A stretch of 63,698 nt of DNA, the filler included. It is 10 parts of 10 records of this genome, joined end to end, with 100 filler letters (N's around TTAATTAATTAA, not from the genome) between each part and the next. Parts side by side here need not be neighbours in the genome. Positions count along the whole stretch, not along the records: positions 42,812 to 51,347 come from SRR31147125_133354; positions 51,448 to 56,501 come from SRR31147125_133386; 8 more parts are not named here. One strand, 5' to 3'. Each line of letters begins with the position of its first letter. Position 1 is the first letter of the stretch. The position numbers were made by a program, and so were the translations under genes. Shown here one piece after another: positions 42,812 through 53,673 of the stretch. The notes under the pieces were generated by a model. It was given only the letters and a program-made list of their open reading frames with translations, did not search any database and was not told the origin of the DNA.

Positions 42812-44212
42812 GATGCCGGACAGATCATAACGGCACTCGATGAGATGGGCGTAGAATACAAGGCGCAGGGTACGGGTACGATTCTTGTTCCCGAATCCGA
42901 GGTGGATTCGGTGCGCATGCAGCTTGCCGCTCAGGGCATTGGGAGCAGCGATACAGACACTAGCATATATGAACTGGCGTCCGGTCTTAGCGCTACCGAC
43001 GCGGACAAGCAAGTGTATTACCAATGGCAGGAAGCAAGCCGAATTGCCAGCAGGCTGGAGACATTGTCGAAGGTTGACCGCGCGTATGTCTCGCTTGACC
43101 TGCCGGAAGAGAGTGTGTTTGCGCTTAGTGATGATGAAGAAGAGCCCACTGCCGGCGTAACGATTGATGTCGCTGCCGGGCAGACGCTGACGGCTGAAGA
43201 TGCCAGTGCGATTGCAGAGCTAGTGGCTTCGGGTATTTCCGGCCTAGAGCCGGAAAGCGTGAGCATCGTTGACACGGAAATGAACTCGTATACGGTGTCT
43301 GGTGACGACGAGGCAGCGTTGGCGAGCACACAGATCCAGCTCGAGCAGACCGTGCAAAGTGAGCTGCAAAACAGAGTGATGAGCCTGCTTACGCCTGTGT
43401 TCGGTGAGGAGACGATAATCTCCGTGGTTAACGTGGAGCTTAATTTTGATACAAAGACGACGGAATCGATCGAGTTTGAACCGCCCGTCGAAGGCTCAGA
43501 AGAAGGAATCGTGGTCAGCATGCAAAACCTGAGCGAGAAGATTTACGGCACTGAGGACGGCGGGGTGGCAGGGGTCGATTCTAACGGCGGTTCATCTACA
43601 TACGTGGCGCTTGATGATGAAGATGCCACTTATGTGAAAACAACCGAAGAAGCCAACTACGAGCTCAATCAAATCAAGACGATGATTGAGGAAGAAAAGG
43701 GGCAGATTGAAGAATTGTCCGTCTCGGTCATTATCGATTCAAATGTAATACTCGACGACTATACGGAAAACGTTAAGGAGCTGGTATCTACAGCAATTGG
43801 CGTGGATGCAGCACGTGTAACGGTGCAGAACCTGCCGTTTGCCGAGGTAGACACATCGGAAGCGGAGGGCGAAGCAGAGAGCGCGTTTGAGGCACAGGAG
43901 GAGATTCTTGCAAGCATTCAGAGCGCTTCTACTATGCGTCTTGTGATTTTGGTTGTGGGCGGTATCGTCGTGCTGTTTATACTGCTGTCTATCATACGCA
44001 CATTGCGCGGTAAGACGAGCGGAGGAGAGAGCGAAGAAGAAGGGGAGGGGATCGATTTGGTTGCAGATGAAGAAATCATACCTGAAGCGCCCGAACCGGA
44101 GATTCATATTGAACCGAAGACGGACAACAGAGCCGTGCTTGGCGAATACATCGACGATAATCCCGAAACCGTTGCGAATCTGCTGCGCAACTGGCTTAAC
44201 GACGAAGAATAG
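42812..44212 (+). CDS. fliF: Flagellar M-ring protein FliF (5' truncated)
   Basis: RMQLA, LPEESVF, SIVD, NYELN, C-terminal TM, NPETVANLLRNWL. Confidence 0.93.
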   Translation, partial: DAGQIITALDEMGVEYKAQGTGTILVPESEVDSVRMQLAAQGIGSSDTDTSIYELASGLSATDADKQVYYQWQEASRIASRLETLSKVDRAYVSLDLPEESVFALSDDEEEPTAGVTIDVAAGQTLTAEDASAIAELVASGISGLEPESVSIVDTEMNSYTVSGDDEAALASTQIQLEQTVQSELQNRVMSLLTPVFGEETIISVVNVELNFDTKTTESIEFEPPVEGSEEGIVVSMQNLSEKIYGTEDGGVAGVDSNGGSSTYVALDDEDATYVKTTEEANYELNQIKTMIEEEKGQIEELSVSVIIDSNVILDDYTENVKELVSTAIGVDAARVTVQNLPFAEVDTSEAEGEAESAFEAQEEILASIQSASTMRLVILVVGGIVVLFILLSIIRTLRGKTSGGESEEEGEGIDLVADEEIIPEAPEPEIHIEPKTDNRAVLGEYIDDNPETVANLLRNWLNDEE

Positions 44213-44215
44213 AAG

Positions 44216-45235
44216 GTGAGCAGGATTGGTAGGGCAAAAAAACTGTCATCGAAGGATAAAGCAGCCGTGCTTATGATTACCATGGGCAAGGAGCATGCCG
44301 CCAAGGTATATAAGTACCTGTCGGAAGAGGAGATCGAACAGCTGACGCTTTCGATTACAAGCGTTCGCCGCGTCGAGCCCGAGATGAAAGACGAGATCGT
44401 CGAAGAATTTATCGAGATTTGCATGGCGCAGAAATTCATTTCGGAGGGCGGCATTGATTATGCGCGCCAGGTGCTCGACAAAGCGTTTGGCGAAGACCGT
44501 GCGAATGATATGATTATGCGATTGTCGTCCTCGCTGCGCGTAAAACCGTTCGATTTTATTCGAAAGGCGGACAGCCAGCAGGTATTGAACTTTATTCAGG
44601 GTGAGCATCCGCAGACGATTGCGTTGATTTTGTCGTACATTGAACCCAAGCACTCGGCATCGATACTTGCGGCGCTGCCCATCGAAAAACAAACGAGTGT
44701 GATCGAGCGCATTGCGAACATGGGGATTACATCGCCGATCTATATCAAAGAAACTGAGCGCGTGCTCGAAAAGAAGCTCTCAACGCTCACCGTAGGCGAT
44801 TCCACGGTAACGGGCGGCATCGACAGCCTTGTCAAGATATTGAACAGTGTTGACCGCGGTACCGAGCGGCATCTCTTGGAGTCACTTGAACAGACAGACG
44901 CGAACCTTGTCGAGGAGATTAGAAAACGCATGTTCATTTTCGAGGACATCGTCAAGCTCGGCGATCCGGCGATACAGCGCATTTTGAAAGAGATCGACAA
45001 TCGCGACCTTGCAATTGCACTCAAGGGCTCTAACGCAGAGGTTTCTAAGGTTATATTCGGCAACATTTCAAAACGCTTGCAGGAAATGATTAAAGAGGAT
45101 ATCGAGTTTATGGGTCCGATTCGTGTGCGCGATGTCGAAGAAGCGCAGCAGAAGATCGTTACGGTTATCCGGAAGCTTGACGACGCCGGTGAGATCATTA
45201 TCTCACGCAACGAGGAGGATGAGCTCATTGTATAA
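44216..45235 (+). CDS. fliG: Flagellar motor switch FliG
   Basis: GGIDYA, PFDF, EHPQTIALILS, MFIFED, MGPIRVRDVEEAQQKIV. Confidence 0.97.
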   Translation: MSRIGRAKKLSSKDKAAVLMITMGKEHAAKVYKYLSEEEIEQLTLSITSVRRVEPEMKDEIVEEFIEICMAQKFISEGGIDYARQVLDKAFGEDRANDMIMRLSSSLRVKPFDFIRKADSQQVLNFIQGEHPQTIALILSYIEPKHSASILAALPIEKQTSVIERIANMGITSPIYIKETERVLEKKLSTLTVGDSTVTGGIDSLVKILNSVDRGTERHLLESLEQTDANLVEEIRKRMFIFEDIVKLGDPAIQRILKEIDNRDLAIALKGSNAEVSKVIFGNISKRLQEMIKEDIEFMGPIRVRDVEEAQQKIVTVIRKLDDAGEIIISRNEEDELIV

Positions 45236-45959
45236 AATCGATAAAACGCTCGTCGATAACATGAACGTCAATAAATCATATATTGTCATCACAAATAAAG
45301 ATACGTCTAAAAAAAGTGAAACCAAACCAAAAATCGACCTGAGCGAAGTGACAGACGAAGAGATACCACCTATGGTTCGGCAGAAAATACAGCAAATGCT
45401 GTATCAAGCACACACCGAAGCGGACGCGGTTTTGTCGAAGGCAAACGTGGAAGCCGAAAACATCAAAGCGAGCGCAATCGAACAGGGGTATAAGGAAGGT
45501 ATTGTCGGCGCAGATGAAAAACTTGCACAGCACGTGGATCGCGAAGTCGCTGCGCTCAAAGGCTTGATGACGCGGCTATATGCGTATGAGCGCGAATTGC
45601 TTCGAGAGATGCAGGACAATGCGCTTACCCTGGCGATGGACATTGCAGAAAAAATAGTTAATATTCAGCTAAAAAGAGACGATATAGTGTTTGTAGGCAT
45701 TGTCAAGGACGCTATATCGCGCTTGAAGAGTGACGAAAAGTTCTCGCTTCGGGTCAGCAAGACCGAGTATGACCGCTTTTTTAAGGAAGGTGCAGCGTGG
45801 CTCGGAGAGCAGAATGAGCGTGGGCCGTTTGAAGTAATCTGCGATCCGCAGATGCAGGAAGGAGACTGTGTAGTCGAATCCGATTCGAAGATTATCGATG
45901 CCGGCGTATCGCAGCAGTTAAAAAATGTGAAAGCGGCGCTTTCGGTTAAGGCAAATTAG
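45219..45959 (+). CDS. fliH: Flagellar export FliH
   Basis: AxxxGYxxG repeat, GDCVVES...IDAG..QL; between fliG and fliI; start at MSSLYK overlapping fliG. Confidence 0.88.
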   Translation: MSSLYKIDKTLVDNMNVNKSYIVITNKDTSKKSETKPKIDLSEVTDEEIPPMVRQKIQQMLYQAHTEADAVLSKANVEAENIKASAIEQGYKEGIVGADEKLAQHVDREVAALKGLMTRLYAYERELLREMQDNALTLAMDIAEKIVNIQLKRDDIVFVGIVKDAISRLKSDEKFSLRVSKTEYDRFFKEGAAWLGEQNERGPFEVICDPQMQEGDCVVESDSKIIDAGVSQQLKNVKAALSVKAN

Positions 45960-45960
45960 C

Positions 45961-47292
45961 ATGGGCAGGTATATTGATATCTCGAAATATCAAAATGCGC
46001 TACAGTCGCTCGATACGTTTGAATATGGCGGCAGAGTCAGCCAGATACTCGGGCTGACTGTGGAAGCAATCGGGCTCTCGACGAAGCTGGGTGACATCTG
46101 CAAAATCTACACGGAGACAAAGGACAAGTTTATATTGTCCGAAGTGGTCGGGTTTAAAGATAAAAAGGTACTTCTGATGCCGTTTGGCGATTTGTCGGGG
46201 GTCGGGCCGAGCAGCTTCGTGATCTCGACAGGGCAGTCGCTCGAAGTGCCGGTCGGCAAGGCGTTTTGCGGTCGCGTGCTTGACGGGCTTGGGAAGCCGA
46301 TCGATGGCAAAGGCGATATCGTACCCGAGTGTTACTATCCGATTAGCAGTGAACCGCCCAACCCAATGATGCGAAACCGCATCAAGGAAAAGCTTCCGAT
46401 CGGAATCAAGGCGATCGATTCGATGCTGACGCTGGGTAAGGGGCAAAGGGTTGGTATTTTTGCGGGAAGCGGTGTGGGGAAAAGCACGCTGCTCGGTATG
46501 ATTGCGCGAAACACAACGGCAGATATCAACGTGATCGTGCTCATCGGCGAGAGAGGCAGAGAAGTCAAGGATTTCCTTGAAAAGGATCTAAAGGACGAGG
46601 GTCTTAAGCGCAGCGTGATTGTTTGCGCAACGTCGGATCAACCTGCGCTGGTTAGACTGAAGTCAGCCATGGTCGGCACAGCCATTGCGGAGTATTTTCG
46701 CGATCAGGGGCTCAATGTGATGCTGCTGATGGACTCGCTTACGCGGTTTGCAATGGCGCAGCGTGAGATCGGCATGGCAATCGGTGAGCCGCCGGTGTCG
46801 AGAGGGTTTACGCCTTCGGTATTTGCCATCATGCCAAAGCTATTAGAGCGCGCAGGCATGTTCAGCCGCGGAACGATCACCGGCTTGTATACCGTGCTTG
46901 TCGAAGGTGACGACATGGACGAGCCCATATCCGATACGGTGCGTGGTATTCTCGACGGGCATATCGTACTTAGCAGAAAGATGGCGCATGCGAACCACTA
47001 TCCGGCGATTGATGTACTGCAAAGTATCAGCCGGCTGATGACGGATATCTCTGATGAGGCGTATTTGCAAAAGGCGGCGTTTGTACGCGAGATGCTTGCA
47101 ACATACCGCGACGCGCAGGATATGATTACGATCGGCGCATACAAAGCGGGAAGCAACGCAAAAATCGACCAGGCGATCGCGCTCATTGAGCGGATTAACG
47201 GTATGCTGAAACAGCAAATCGGCGCGAAGTTTACGTTTGAAGAGACAATGGCGCAGGTTGACGAAATATATGCAAAGAGAGATGAAGTATGA
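45961..47292 (+). CDS. fliI: Flagellar export ATPase FliI
   Basis: GSGVGKST, IGERGREV, MDSLTRFAMAQREIG, DGHIVLSR. Confidence 0.97.
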   Translation: MGRYIDISKYQNALQSLDTFEYGGRVSQILGLTVEAIGLSTKLGDICKIYTETKDKFILSEVVGFKDKKVLLMPFGDLSGVGPSSFVISTGQSLEVPVGKAFCGRVLDGLGKPIDGKGDIVPECYYPISSEPPNPMMRNRIKEKLPIGIKAIDSMLTLGKGQRVGIFAGSGVGKSTLLGMIARNTTADINVIVLIGERGREVKDFLEKDLKDEGLKRSVIVCATSDQPALVRLKSAMVGTAIAEYFRDQGLNVMLLMDSLTRFAMAQREIGMAIGEPPVSRGFTPSVFAIMPKLLERAGMFSRGTITGLYTVLVEGDDMDEPISDTVRGILDGHIVLSRKMAHANHYPAIDVLQSISRLMTDISDEAYLQKAAFVREMLATYRDAQDMITIGAYKAGSNAKIDQAIALIERINGMLKQQIGAKFTFEETMAQVDEIYAKRDEV

Positions 47293-47729
47293 AACAGTTT
47301 GTGTTTACATTGAAACCTCTTTACGACATGAAGCTAAGCGAGGAAAAACAGCAAAAAATGAAACTGGCGACGGCGGAAAAGGCTCTATTAGAAAAACAGG
47401 CTGAGCTGATTGACACAGAGCAGGCGTTCTCGAACACAAAAGGTGAATATCAAAGCATGGTCGTATCCGGAACGGATGCGGAACACGTAAAGCAATACGG
47501 TGACTACTTTATGAGATTAAAAGAGAAAATTAAGCAGATTAAAAGACAGATTTCTCTGCTGGAGCGAAACCGAGCAAAAATCGTGGAGGCTTTGGTCGAG
47601 ATACGAAAAGAGATTAAACTGCTAGATAAGCTGTACGAAGAACAGTACGCGGAATACCTTGACAAGCGCAAGAAGTTGCAGGAAACGCTCATCGGCGATT
47701 TGGTGTCGTTTAGGGCGTCGGTATCATAG
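47289..47729 (+). CDS. fliJ: Flagellar export FliJ
   Basis: MKQFVFTL start, coiled coil, directly after fliI. Confidence 0.88.
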   Translation: MKQFVFTLKPLYDMKLSEEKQQKMKLATAEKALLEKQAELIDTEQAFSNTKGEYQSMVVSGTDAEHVKQYGDYFMRLKEKIKQIKRQISLLERNRAKIVEALVEIRKEIKLLDKLYEEQYAEYLDKRKKLQETLIGDLVSFRASVS

Positions 47730-47741
47730 TGAGGGGGGATT

Positions 47742-48392
47742 ATGGCAGAAAGCAAAGCGCAGTCAAAAAAGAATACAAAACCTTCGAACACAAAATTGAC
47801 ACCAAAAACTCAAAGCAAAAATGATTCCAACAAGAAAAAGAAAAAGATGTCGGGAGGGGCGGTATTCAGCATTCTGTTGCTTATCGTTGTGATTGGCGCG
47901 CTTGCATTGACGTATTTCAACATAGGTGGGCTGAAAACGATGGCTGCAGAGGCGCTCGGGCTCGATGATCCGACGCAAGAGCAGCTGGACGCGGCAGAGG
48001 CTATGATGACCGAGGCCGAGGAAAAACAGGCCGAAATCGAGACGATGGAGAAAGAGGTTAGTACACCGCAGCGCGAGCTCGCACAAAAAGAAGAAGAACT
48101 GACGGCCAGGGAAGAAGAACTGCTGCAAAAAGAGACAGATATTGCGCAGCGCGAAGCAAGCGTGGATGATGTCGAAAAATCAGAAGAACGCGAAGAACAA
48201 GAGCTTGCGGCGGCGGTACAGATATTTGAGCAGATGGAGGCCGACAAAGCGGCGGACGCAATCGGCGGGCTGGAAAGCACGGCGTATATGGCCGAACTAT
48301 TGCTCGGCATGACGAGCGAGAAAGCGGCGGCGATTCTTAATGAAATGAAAGAGAGCCTTGCAACGGAGATATTATCAGCAATGATGTCTTAA
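47742..48392 (+). CDS. MotE/YlxF-like (MgtE_N-like) flagellar protein
   Basis: TM, coiled coil, IFEQMEADKAA...MTSEKAAAILNEM; conserved position between fliJ and fliK. Confidence 0.8.
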   Translation: MAESKAQSKKNTKPSNTKLTPKTQSKNDSNKKKKKMSGGAVFSILLLIVVIGALALTYFNIGGLKTMAAEALGLDDPTQEQLDAAEAMMTEAEEKQAEIETMEKEVSTPQRELAQKEEELTAREEELLQKETDIAQREASVDDVEKSEEREEQELAAAVQIFEQMEADKAADAIGGLESTAYMAELLLGMTSEKAAAILNEMKESLATEILSAMMS

Positions 48393-48427
48393 TATACAAT
48401 TCACTTTTGGAAAGGAGGTGAGATGGA

Positions 48428-49930
48428 TTGAATGATGCTATGGTGTTGACGAATTTAGAAACACCGCAAAAAACCGTAGTGGAAAGCAAGTCTGCACAAA
48501 ATGTGCGTGCAAGTAAAAAAGATAGCAGCCAAGAAGCGGTTCCCCGCGAGGATTTTAAGAAGAAACTGGAGGAGTGTGCCGATACAAGCCAAAGCGCTGC
48601 GCAGCCGACACGTATGGACGAAGCGGACCAAAACGGTGAAGAAGGAATGGATCTTAGCATGTGCGGCGATACCAGGGTACAAGACGTATTGACCGGGATT
48701 GTTGGCATTCTCGAAGGAATCGAATTGCTAGATTTAGGGGACATGATGAGTGAAGCCGATGTACAGCTTGTGGCGGAACAGGCGATCGCGCAGGCGGAGC
48801 CGGAAATCGTACAGCTACTGACGCAGCTGACACAACTGACGCAGCTGACACAACCGACGCAGGAGGTGCAGTTTACGCAGGAGGTGCAGTTGACGCAGGA
48901 GATGCCGTTGACGCAAGAGACGCAGCTTACGCAGGAGACGCAGCTTACGCAGGAGGTGCAGACAGAACCGATACAGGCAAATCTGGAGCCGATGATATTG
49001 GAGCTGCCCGAAACTACATTTGTGCAGGCAGACATGGAGGCACAAACAGGCGCTTCGCTCAAAGAAGAATTTGCAAGGATGCTAAACGAAAGCCAGCAGC
49101 TGACGCAGCTGCCAGAGGAAGTACGGCAGGAGATTGAGCAAAAGGTTGGCGAAATGATTAGCTCCTTCGAGAGTACCAATAACGAAAAGCAAACAGGGAC
49201 TGTTCAGATGGCGGAGGCGTCGTTTGCCGAAGCAGAAACCATCCAAACGGTGATGCTGCGTGCGAAAACCGTGGTGAAAAAAGTCGATGTTAGCGAAGTG
49301 CAGCCAAGGGAGGCGAAAGCTACGCAGCCTGTTGTCGAAACGACGGAAGCGGCAGATGCGTCTGAAAGCGCTCAGCTGCCCGAAACCACCCCGTTAGCGG
49401 TAGAGACGCCCAAGGGGGGAACCCAATCAACGGACAATTTAGCAGGGACTGTAAACGATGTCCCGGTTATGGAAGAAACCGTGCAGCAAAATGTTACGCG
49501 AATTGTCGAAAAGATGACGGCGCAGGTGGAAGAAGGCAAGAGCGAGTTTGACATTCAATTGAAGCCCGACTTCCTTGGCAAGATGAATATCGAGTTGACA
49601 ATGGAGAACGGCGAGTTGAAGATGCTGGTTAAAACGGAAGAGATGGGTGTAAAATCCTTGTTTTCCGATCAAATGCCGGCGTTGCAGGAGGCGCTGCGAG
49701 AGCGCGGCATCACGGTTACGAGTGCAGAAGTGGTTTATGAGAACCAGAACTTCCTGCATGACGACCAGAATGCGTTTGCGCGGCAACGCGAAAACAGCAG
49801 CGGTAAAAACCGCAGCTGGCAGGGCGGTGAGCAGCTTCTGACGGAAACGGAAAGCATTTTCTACGGCGCGTCGGTAATTGATGGACAAGCAGCGTATATT
49901 CCTGGCAGCAGCGTGGAATTCAGCGCGTAA
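48428..49930 (+). CDS. fliK: Hook-length control protein FliK
   Basis: Low-complexity N-terminus, C-terminal IQLKPDFLGKMNI; upstream of flgD. Confidence 0.9.
   Translation: MNDAMVLTNLETPQKTVVESKSAQNVRASKKDSSQEAVPREDFKKKLEECADTSQSAAQPTRMDEADQNGEEGMDLSMCGDTRVQDVLTGIVGILEGIELLDLGDMMSEADVQLVAEQAIAQAEPEIVQLLTQLTQLTQLTQPTQEVQFTQEVQLTQEMPLTQETQLTQETQLTQEVQTEPIQANLEPMILELPETTFVQADMEAQTGASLKEEFARMLNESQQLTQLPEEVRQEIEQKVGEMISSFESTNNEKQTGTVQMAEASFAEAETIQTVMLRAKTVVKKVDVSEVQPREAKATQPVVETTEAADASESAQLPETTPLAVETPKGGTQSTDNLAGTVNDVPVMEETVQQNVTRIVEKMTAQVEEGKSEFDIQLKPDFLGKMNIELTMENGELKMLVKTEEMGVKSLFSDQMPALQEALRERGITVTSAEVVYENQNFLHDDQNAFARQRENSSGKNRSWQGGEQLLTETESIFYGASVIDGQAAYIPGSSVEFSA
48810..48965 (+). repeat. 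Coding tandem repeats in fliK (TQL x4, then TQExQL units)
   Basis: 9- and 18-bp units such as ACGCAGCTG and ACGCAGGAGGTGCAGTT. Confidence 0.85.
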
Positions 49931-49944
49931 AAGAGGAGAAAAAA

Positions 49945-50595
49945 ATGAGTACAACAGTAGATGCAACCAGCAGCGTTACTCGGACGCTTGCAGAACTCCA
50001 AGAGACGACTACGGCGAGCAACGAACTTGGGCAGGATGCGTTTTTGCAGATACTCGTGGCACAGATGGCCAATCAGGATCCGTTGGAGCCGTCCAGCGAC
50101 TCCGAGTACATTGCGCAGTTGGCGCAGTTTTCGGTGCTTGAACAGATCACGGAGCTCAATTCGACGTTTGAGACGAGCCAAGCGTATTCGTTGGTTGGTA
50201 AAACAGTATGCGTTTCGAGCGATACGGATGATGACAGCTCAAGTGAGACTATTGTAGGCAAAGTGGACGGTGTGGTGCGTGACAGCGGGATCGACTACCT
50301 GGTCATAGACGGCGAGCGCTACGAGGTTTCGGAAGTGGTCGCCGTGCTGGACGACGAGACGGACAGTGCTGCGGAACAGCAGATATTGCAGAGTGCAAGC
50401 ATGATCGGCAAAAACGTTAGTGCGACCCTGACGGATGAAGAGGGAGAATCATATACGCTCAGCGGTATTGTCCAGAAAATATCGATTATTGATGGTGAGG
50501 TGTACGCGGTGGTCGACGATGAGAACGTACCGCTGCTGGCAATTGAAGAAATAACAGATGCTTCGGAAACTGAGCAAGAGACACAAAACGTTTAA
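49945..50595 (+). CDS. flgD: Hook-capping protein FlgD with duplicated C-terminal module
   Basis: LGQDAFLQILVAQMANQDPLEP, QLAQFS; two +GK.V...G.V modules. Confidence 0.93.
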   Translation: MSTTVDATSSVTRTLAELQETTTASNELGQDAFLQILVAQMANQDPLEPSSDSEYIAQLAQFSVLEQITELNSTFETSQAYSLVGKTVCVSSDTDDDSSSETIVGKVDGVVRDSGIDYLVIDGERYEVSEVVAVLDDETDSAAEQQILQSASMIGKNVSATLTDEEGESYTLSGIVQKISIIDGEVYAVVDDENVPLLAIEEITDASETEQETQNV

Positions 50596-50613
50596 AAATG
50601 GAGGTAAACAATT

Positions 50614-51347
50614 ATGATGCGTTCATTATATTCTGGTGTTACGGGACTTCGTAATCATCAGACACGTATGGATGTAATAGGTAATAACATCGCGAATGTT
50701 AACACGGTTGGCTTTAAGAGTAGCCGCGTGGTGTTTCAGGACATTTTCAGCCAAACAACCCAGCCGGCTTCCGGTGCGAGTGCAGCAAACGGTGGTACGA
50801 ATCCGCAACAGATCGGTCTAGGTACGCAAACAAGCACGATTGATGTGGTGCACACAAAGGCTGCGGCAGAGTATACCGGCTCCGCGCTTGACCTCTCGAT
50901 CGAAGGCGAAGGGTATTTCGCTGTAGAGAGTAATGGGTCGAACCTGTTTACCAGAGCGGGCAACTTTTATACGGATGCCGATAACTATCTTGTTAACTCG
51001 AACGGCCTTTATGTAAAGGGTTATTTGGTTGACCACGACGGCAATTACATTGACGGATGGGATACTTCAACGTCACCGCCGACTGCGATTGCGCTTACCG
51101 GTGACCCGGTTGAGACGAACATTTACATCGATCCGGATTACTATGATGTAACGATCGACGCCAACGGAACCGTGGTCGGACTGAATGATTCGGATGAACA
51201 GGTTATTTTGGGACAGCTTATATTGGCAACATTTTCGAATAACAGCGGGCTTGAAAAGGTCGGTGAGAATACGTACAGAAACACGATCAACTCGGGTGAT
51301 CCCGTATACAGCAGGCCGAGTGAAAACGGCGCTGGCGCGATCAATCC
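50614..51347 (+). CDS. flgE: Flagellar hook protein FlgE (3' truncated)
   Basis: MMRSLYSGVTGL, MDVIGNNIANVNTVGFK, TRAGNF. Confidence 0.93.
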
Positions 51348-51527
51348 NNNNNNNNNNNNNNNNNNNNNNNNNNNNNNNNNNNNNNNNNNNNTTAATTAAT
51401 TAANNNNNNNNNNNNNNNNNNNNNNNNNNNNNNNNNNNNNNNNNNNNATAACCTCCCGAAGTGCATCTTTGAATTTGATGCATTCTGTCCGAGGGTTCCT
51501 GAAGTTTCACAGGAATCCCAGTCTACA

Positions 51528-52386
51528 TTATTCGGATGGTTTCAAAACCACAGCATGCATTCTCGCTCTCAATATCAGTGCGCTGAGAACACAGACAAAA
51601 CCGGCAACAGTCCATAAACCGGGAAGTTCACCAACCAGGAAGGCTACCCATACAGGAGCTGTGACAGTCTCCAGATTCTTGTATATGGAAGCTTCAAGGG
51701 CCCTCAATGATATCAGTGCCCTGCTGTAGATCATGAAAGGCAGAGCCATGTGAAAGATGCCCAGCGAACCGGCGAGCAGGATATCCCGGGAAGTAAAGTC
51801 CACTCCTGCCTGGAACGGCAGGGCAACCAGCAGGATGATGACGTTCCCGATCAGAAGCCCCCTGATATTCCCTGTATAGTTGGCCTTTCTCATCAGGATG
51901 TTCATGAACGCGAAAGAAAGGGCGCCGGCCAGGGCTATCAGGTCTCCGATGCGGCCTTCCATGCTTAGGCTTCCCACGAAGCAAAGTACAATGCCGCCCA
52001 TCATCAGGATTATTGCCAGAATGTCCCAGGCGTCCGCCTTCTCACCAAGCAGAAGAAAACCAAGGGGAATCAGAAAAACTGGTGTCGTCTGGAAGAGAAT
52101 CGTCGCATTCGCGGCAGTTGTATTCTTGAGGGCAAGGAAAAACACAGGGAAGTAGCTGCGTATAGCACTCCACCGAGTACGTCCCTGGCCTTCACCATGC
52201 ACAGATGCCTTCTGAGTTGTCCGGGAGTCAGGGCAATTAAAGCAAAAAAACCGACAAGGCTCCTGAAAAAGTTACGCTCATCGTCGGCATCGAGACGAAC
52301 TTCGTTACCGGTGCCGCAGTACTGAAAAGAAGGGCTGCAATCAGTACCATCAAACGGGGATGAGTCGGCGGTTTTACAGTGGGCAT
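51528..52386 (-). CDS. EamA/DMT family transporter (two homopolymer frameshifts)
   Basis: LIAALLFSTA, FFRSL, TTAANATIL, LLGEK, LVGELP, spread over three frames. Confidence 0.8.
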
Positions 52387-52395
52387 TGTAAGATA

Positions 52396-53673
52396 CTATT
52401 GCATCAGCACCGAAGGAAGCCACAGGGTCAATGCCGGTATATAAGTGATCGCCAGGAGAACGATGATATTGGCCAGAAGGAACGGCAATGCCGCCTTGAA
52501 AATGGTCCCGATCTCAAGTTTTGAGATGGCTGAAGCCACATTCAGGCACATTCCCACCGGGGGGGTGACGAGTCCCACCGCGAGGCCGGAAATGAGCATA
52601 ACCCCGAACTGTACGGCATTCACGCCAAGGGCATTGACCAGGGGAAGAAACACCGGTGTGAGCAGCAGGATCGCAGGGCTCACATCAATGAAGGTACCGG
52701 CAACGAGGATAATCAGGTCAACCAGGAGAAGCACCACGAAGGGAGACAGGTTTAATGCCAGAACGCCGCCGGCAAGGGCTTCGGGGACCCGCTCAATTGC
52801 AAGTATCCAGATATAGAGCTTGGAGAGCGCGATGATGATCATCACCTGGGCACTGGTCAGGATCGCTTTTTTAACAAGTGGAGGAACATCCTTTACCTTC
52901 ATCGAGCGGAATGCCAGTAATCCGAGAATCAATGCATACAGTACCCCAACTCCCGCCGATTCCGTGGCTGTCGCAACACCGAAGACAACGGATCCGATGA
53001 CGAACAGTGGCATGATAACCGCCAGCATCGCCCGCCGTATGCATGTATTCCTTTCTTTCCGGGTCAGGGATACGTCCTCCCTGGGGTGCTTCGCGGCATA
53101 GGAGATAATGATGGTGACCGTCAGCATGATCAGGCCGATCAGAATTCCCGGAATCGCACTGCCGAGGAACAGTCTTCCCACCGATTCTTCGGCGGCAAGT
53201 GCATAGACGACAACAGGTACGCTAGGCGGGATAATCATACCCATGGTGGAGGACGCCACTGTGATTCCACTGGCGTATTCAGCTGAGTAGCCCTTCTTTT
53301 TCATCTCCGGTATGAGCACGGCACCAACAGAGGCGGTGTCGGACACTGAAGAGCCGGAAATCCCGCCGAATATCATGCTGGCAAGGACATTAACGAGACC
53401 AAGTCCGCCCCGAAATCGTCCGACGAACAAAAGGGAAAAATCGATGAGTCGGGAGGTGATGCCTCCGGCATTCATCAAAAGCCCCATGAGGATGAAAAGG
53501 GGTAAGGCGATCATGGAATAAGATTCCATTCCCGCGTATAGACGCTGGGGCAGAATCGGTATGAGTTCCGGATGAACAAAAAGGAAATACAGGAATCCGG
53601 AGAATCCCAGGGAATAGGCGATGGGAACACCAAGAATCAGAAGGACAGCGAGACTGATCAGAAGAAGAGTCAT
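52396..53673 (-). CDS. dctM: TRAP transporter large permease DctM
   Basis: ALPLFILMG, GGISGSSVSD, IIPPS, TATES, TPPVG. Confidence 0.95.
   Translation of the reverse strand: MTLLLISLAVLLILGVPIAYSLGFSGFLYFLFVHPELIPILPQRLYAGMESYSMIALPLFILMGLLMNAGGITSRLIDFSLLFVGRFRGGLGLVNVLASMIFGGISGSSVSDTASVGAVLIPEMKKKGYSAEYASGITVASSTMGMIIPPSVPVVVYALAAEESVGRLFLGSAIPGILIGLIMLTVTIIISYAAKHPREDVSLTRKERNTCIRRAMLAVIMPLFVIGSVVFGVATATESAGVGVLYALILGLLAFRSMKVKDVPPLVKKAILTSAQVMIIIALSKLYIWILAIERVPEALAGGVLALNLSPFVVLLLVDLIILVAGTFIDVSPAILLLTPVFLPLVNALGVNAVQFGVMLISGLAVGLVTPPVGMCLNVASAISKLEIGTIFKAALPFLLANIIVLLAITYIPALTLWLPSVLMQ

Noticed and set aside
47810-49179. Long Ser/Cys-rich antisense ORFs (e.g. 48337-49179 with CVS repeats) and similar shadow ORFs elsewhere
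   Set aside because: Reverse-complement shadows of E/Q/T-rich real genes.
42812-51347. fli/flg cluster as an injectisome-type T3SS
   Set aside because: The fliF-G-H-I-J-ylxF-fliK-flgD-flgE order is the ordinary Bacillota flagellar operon.
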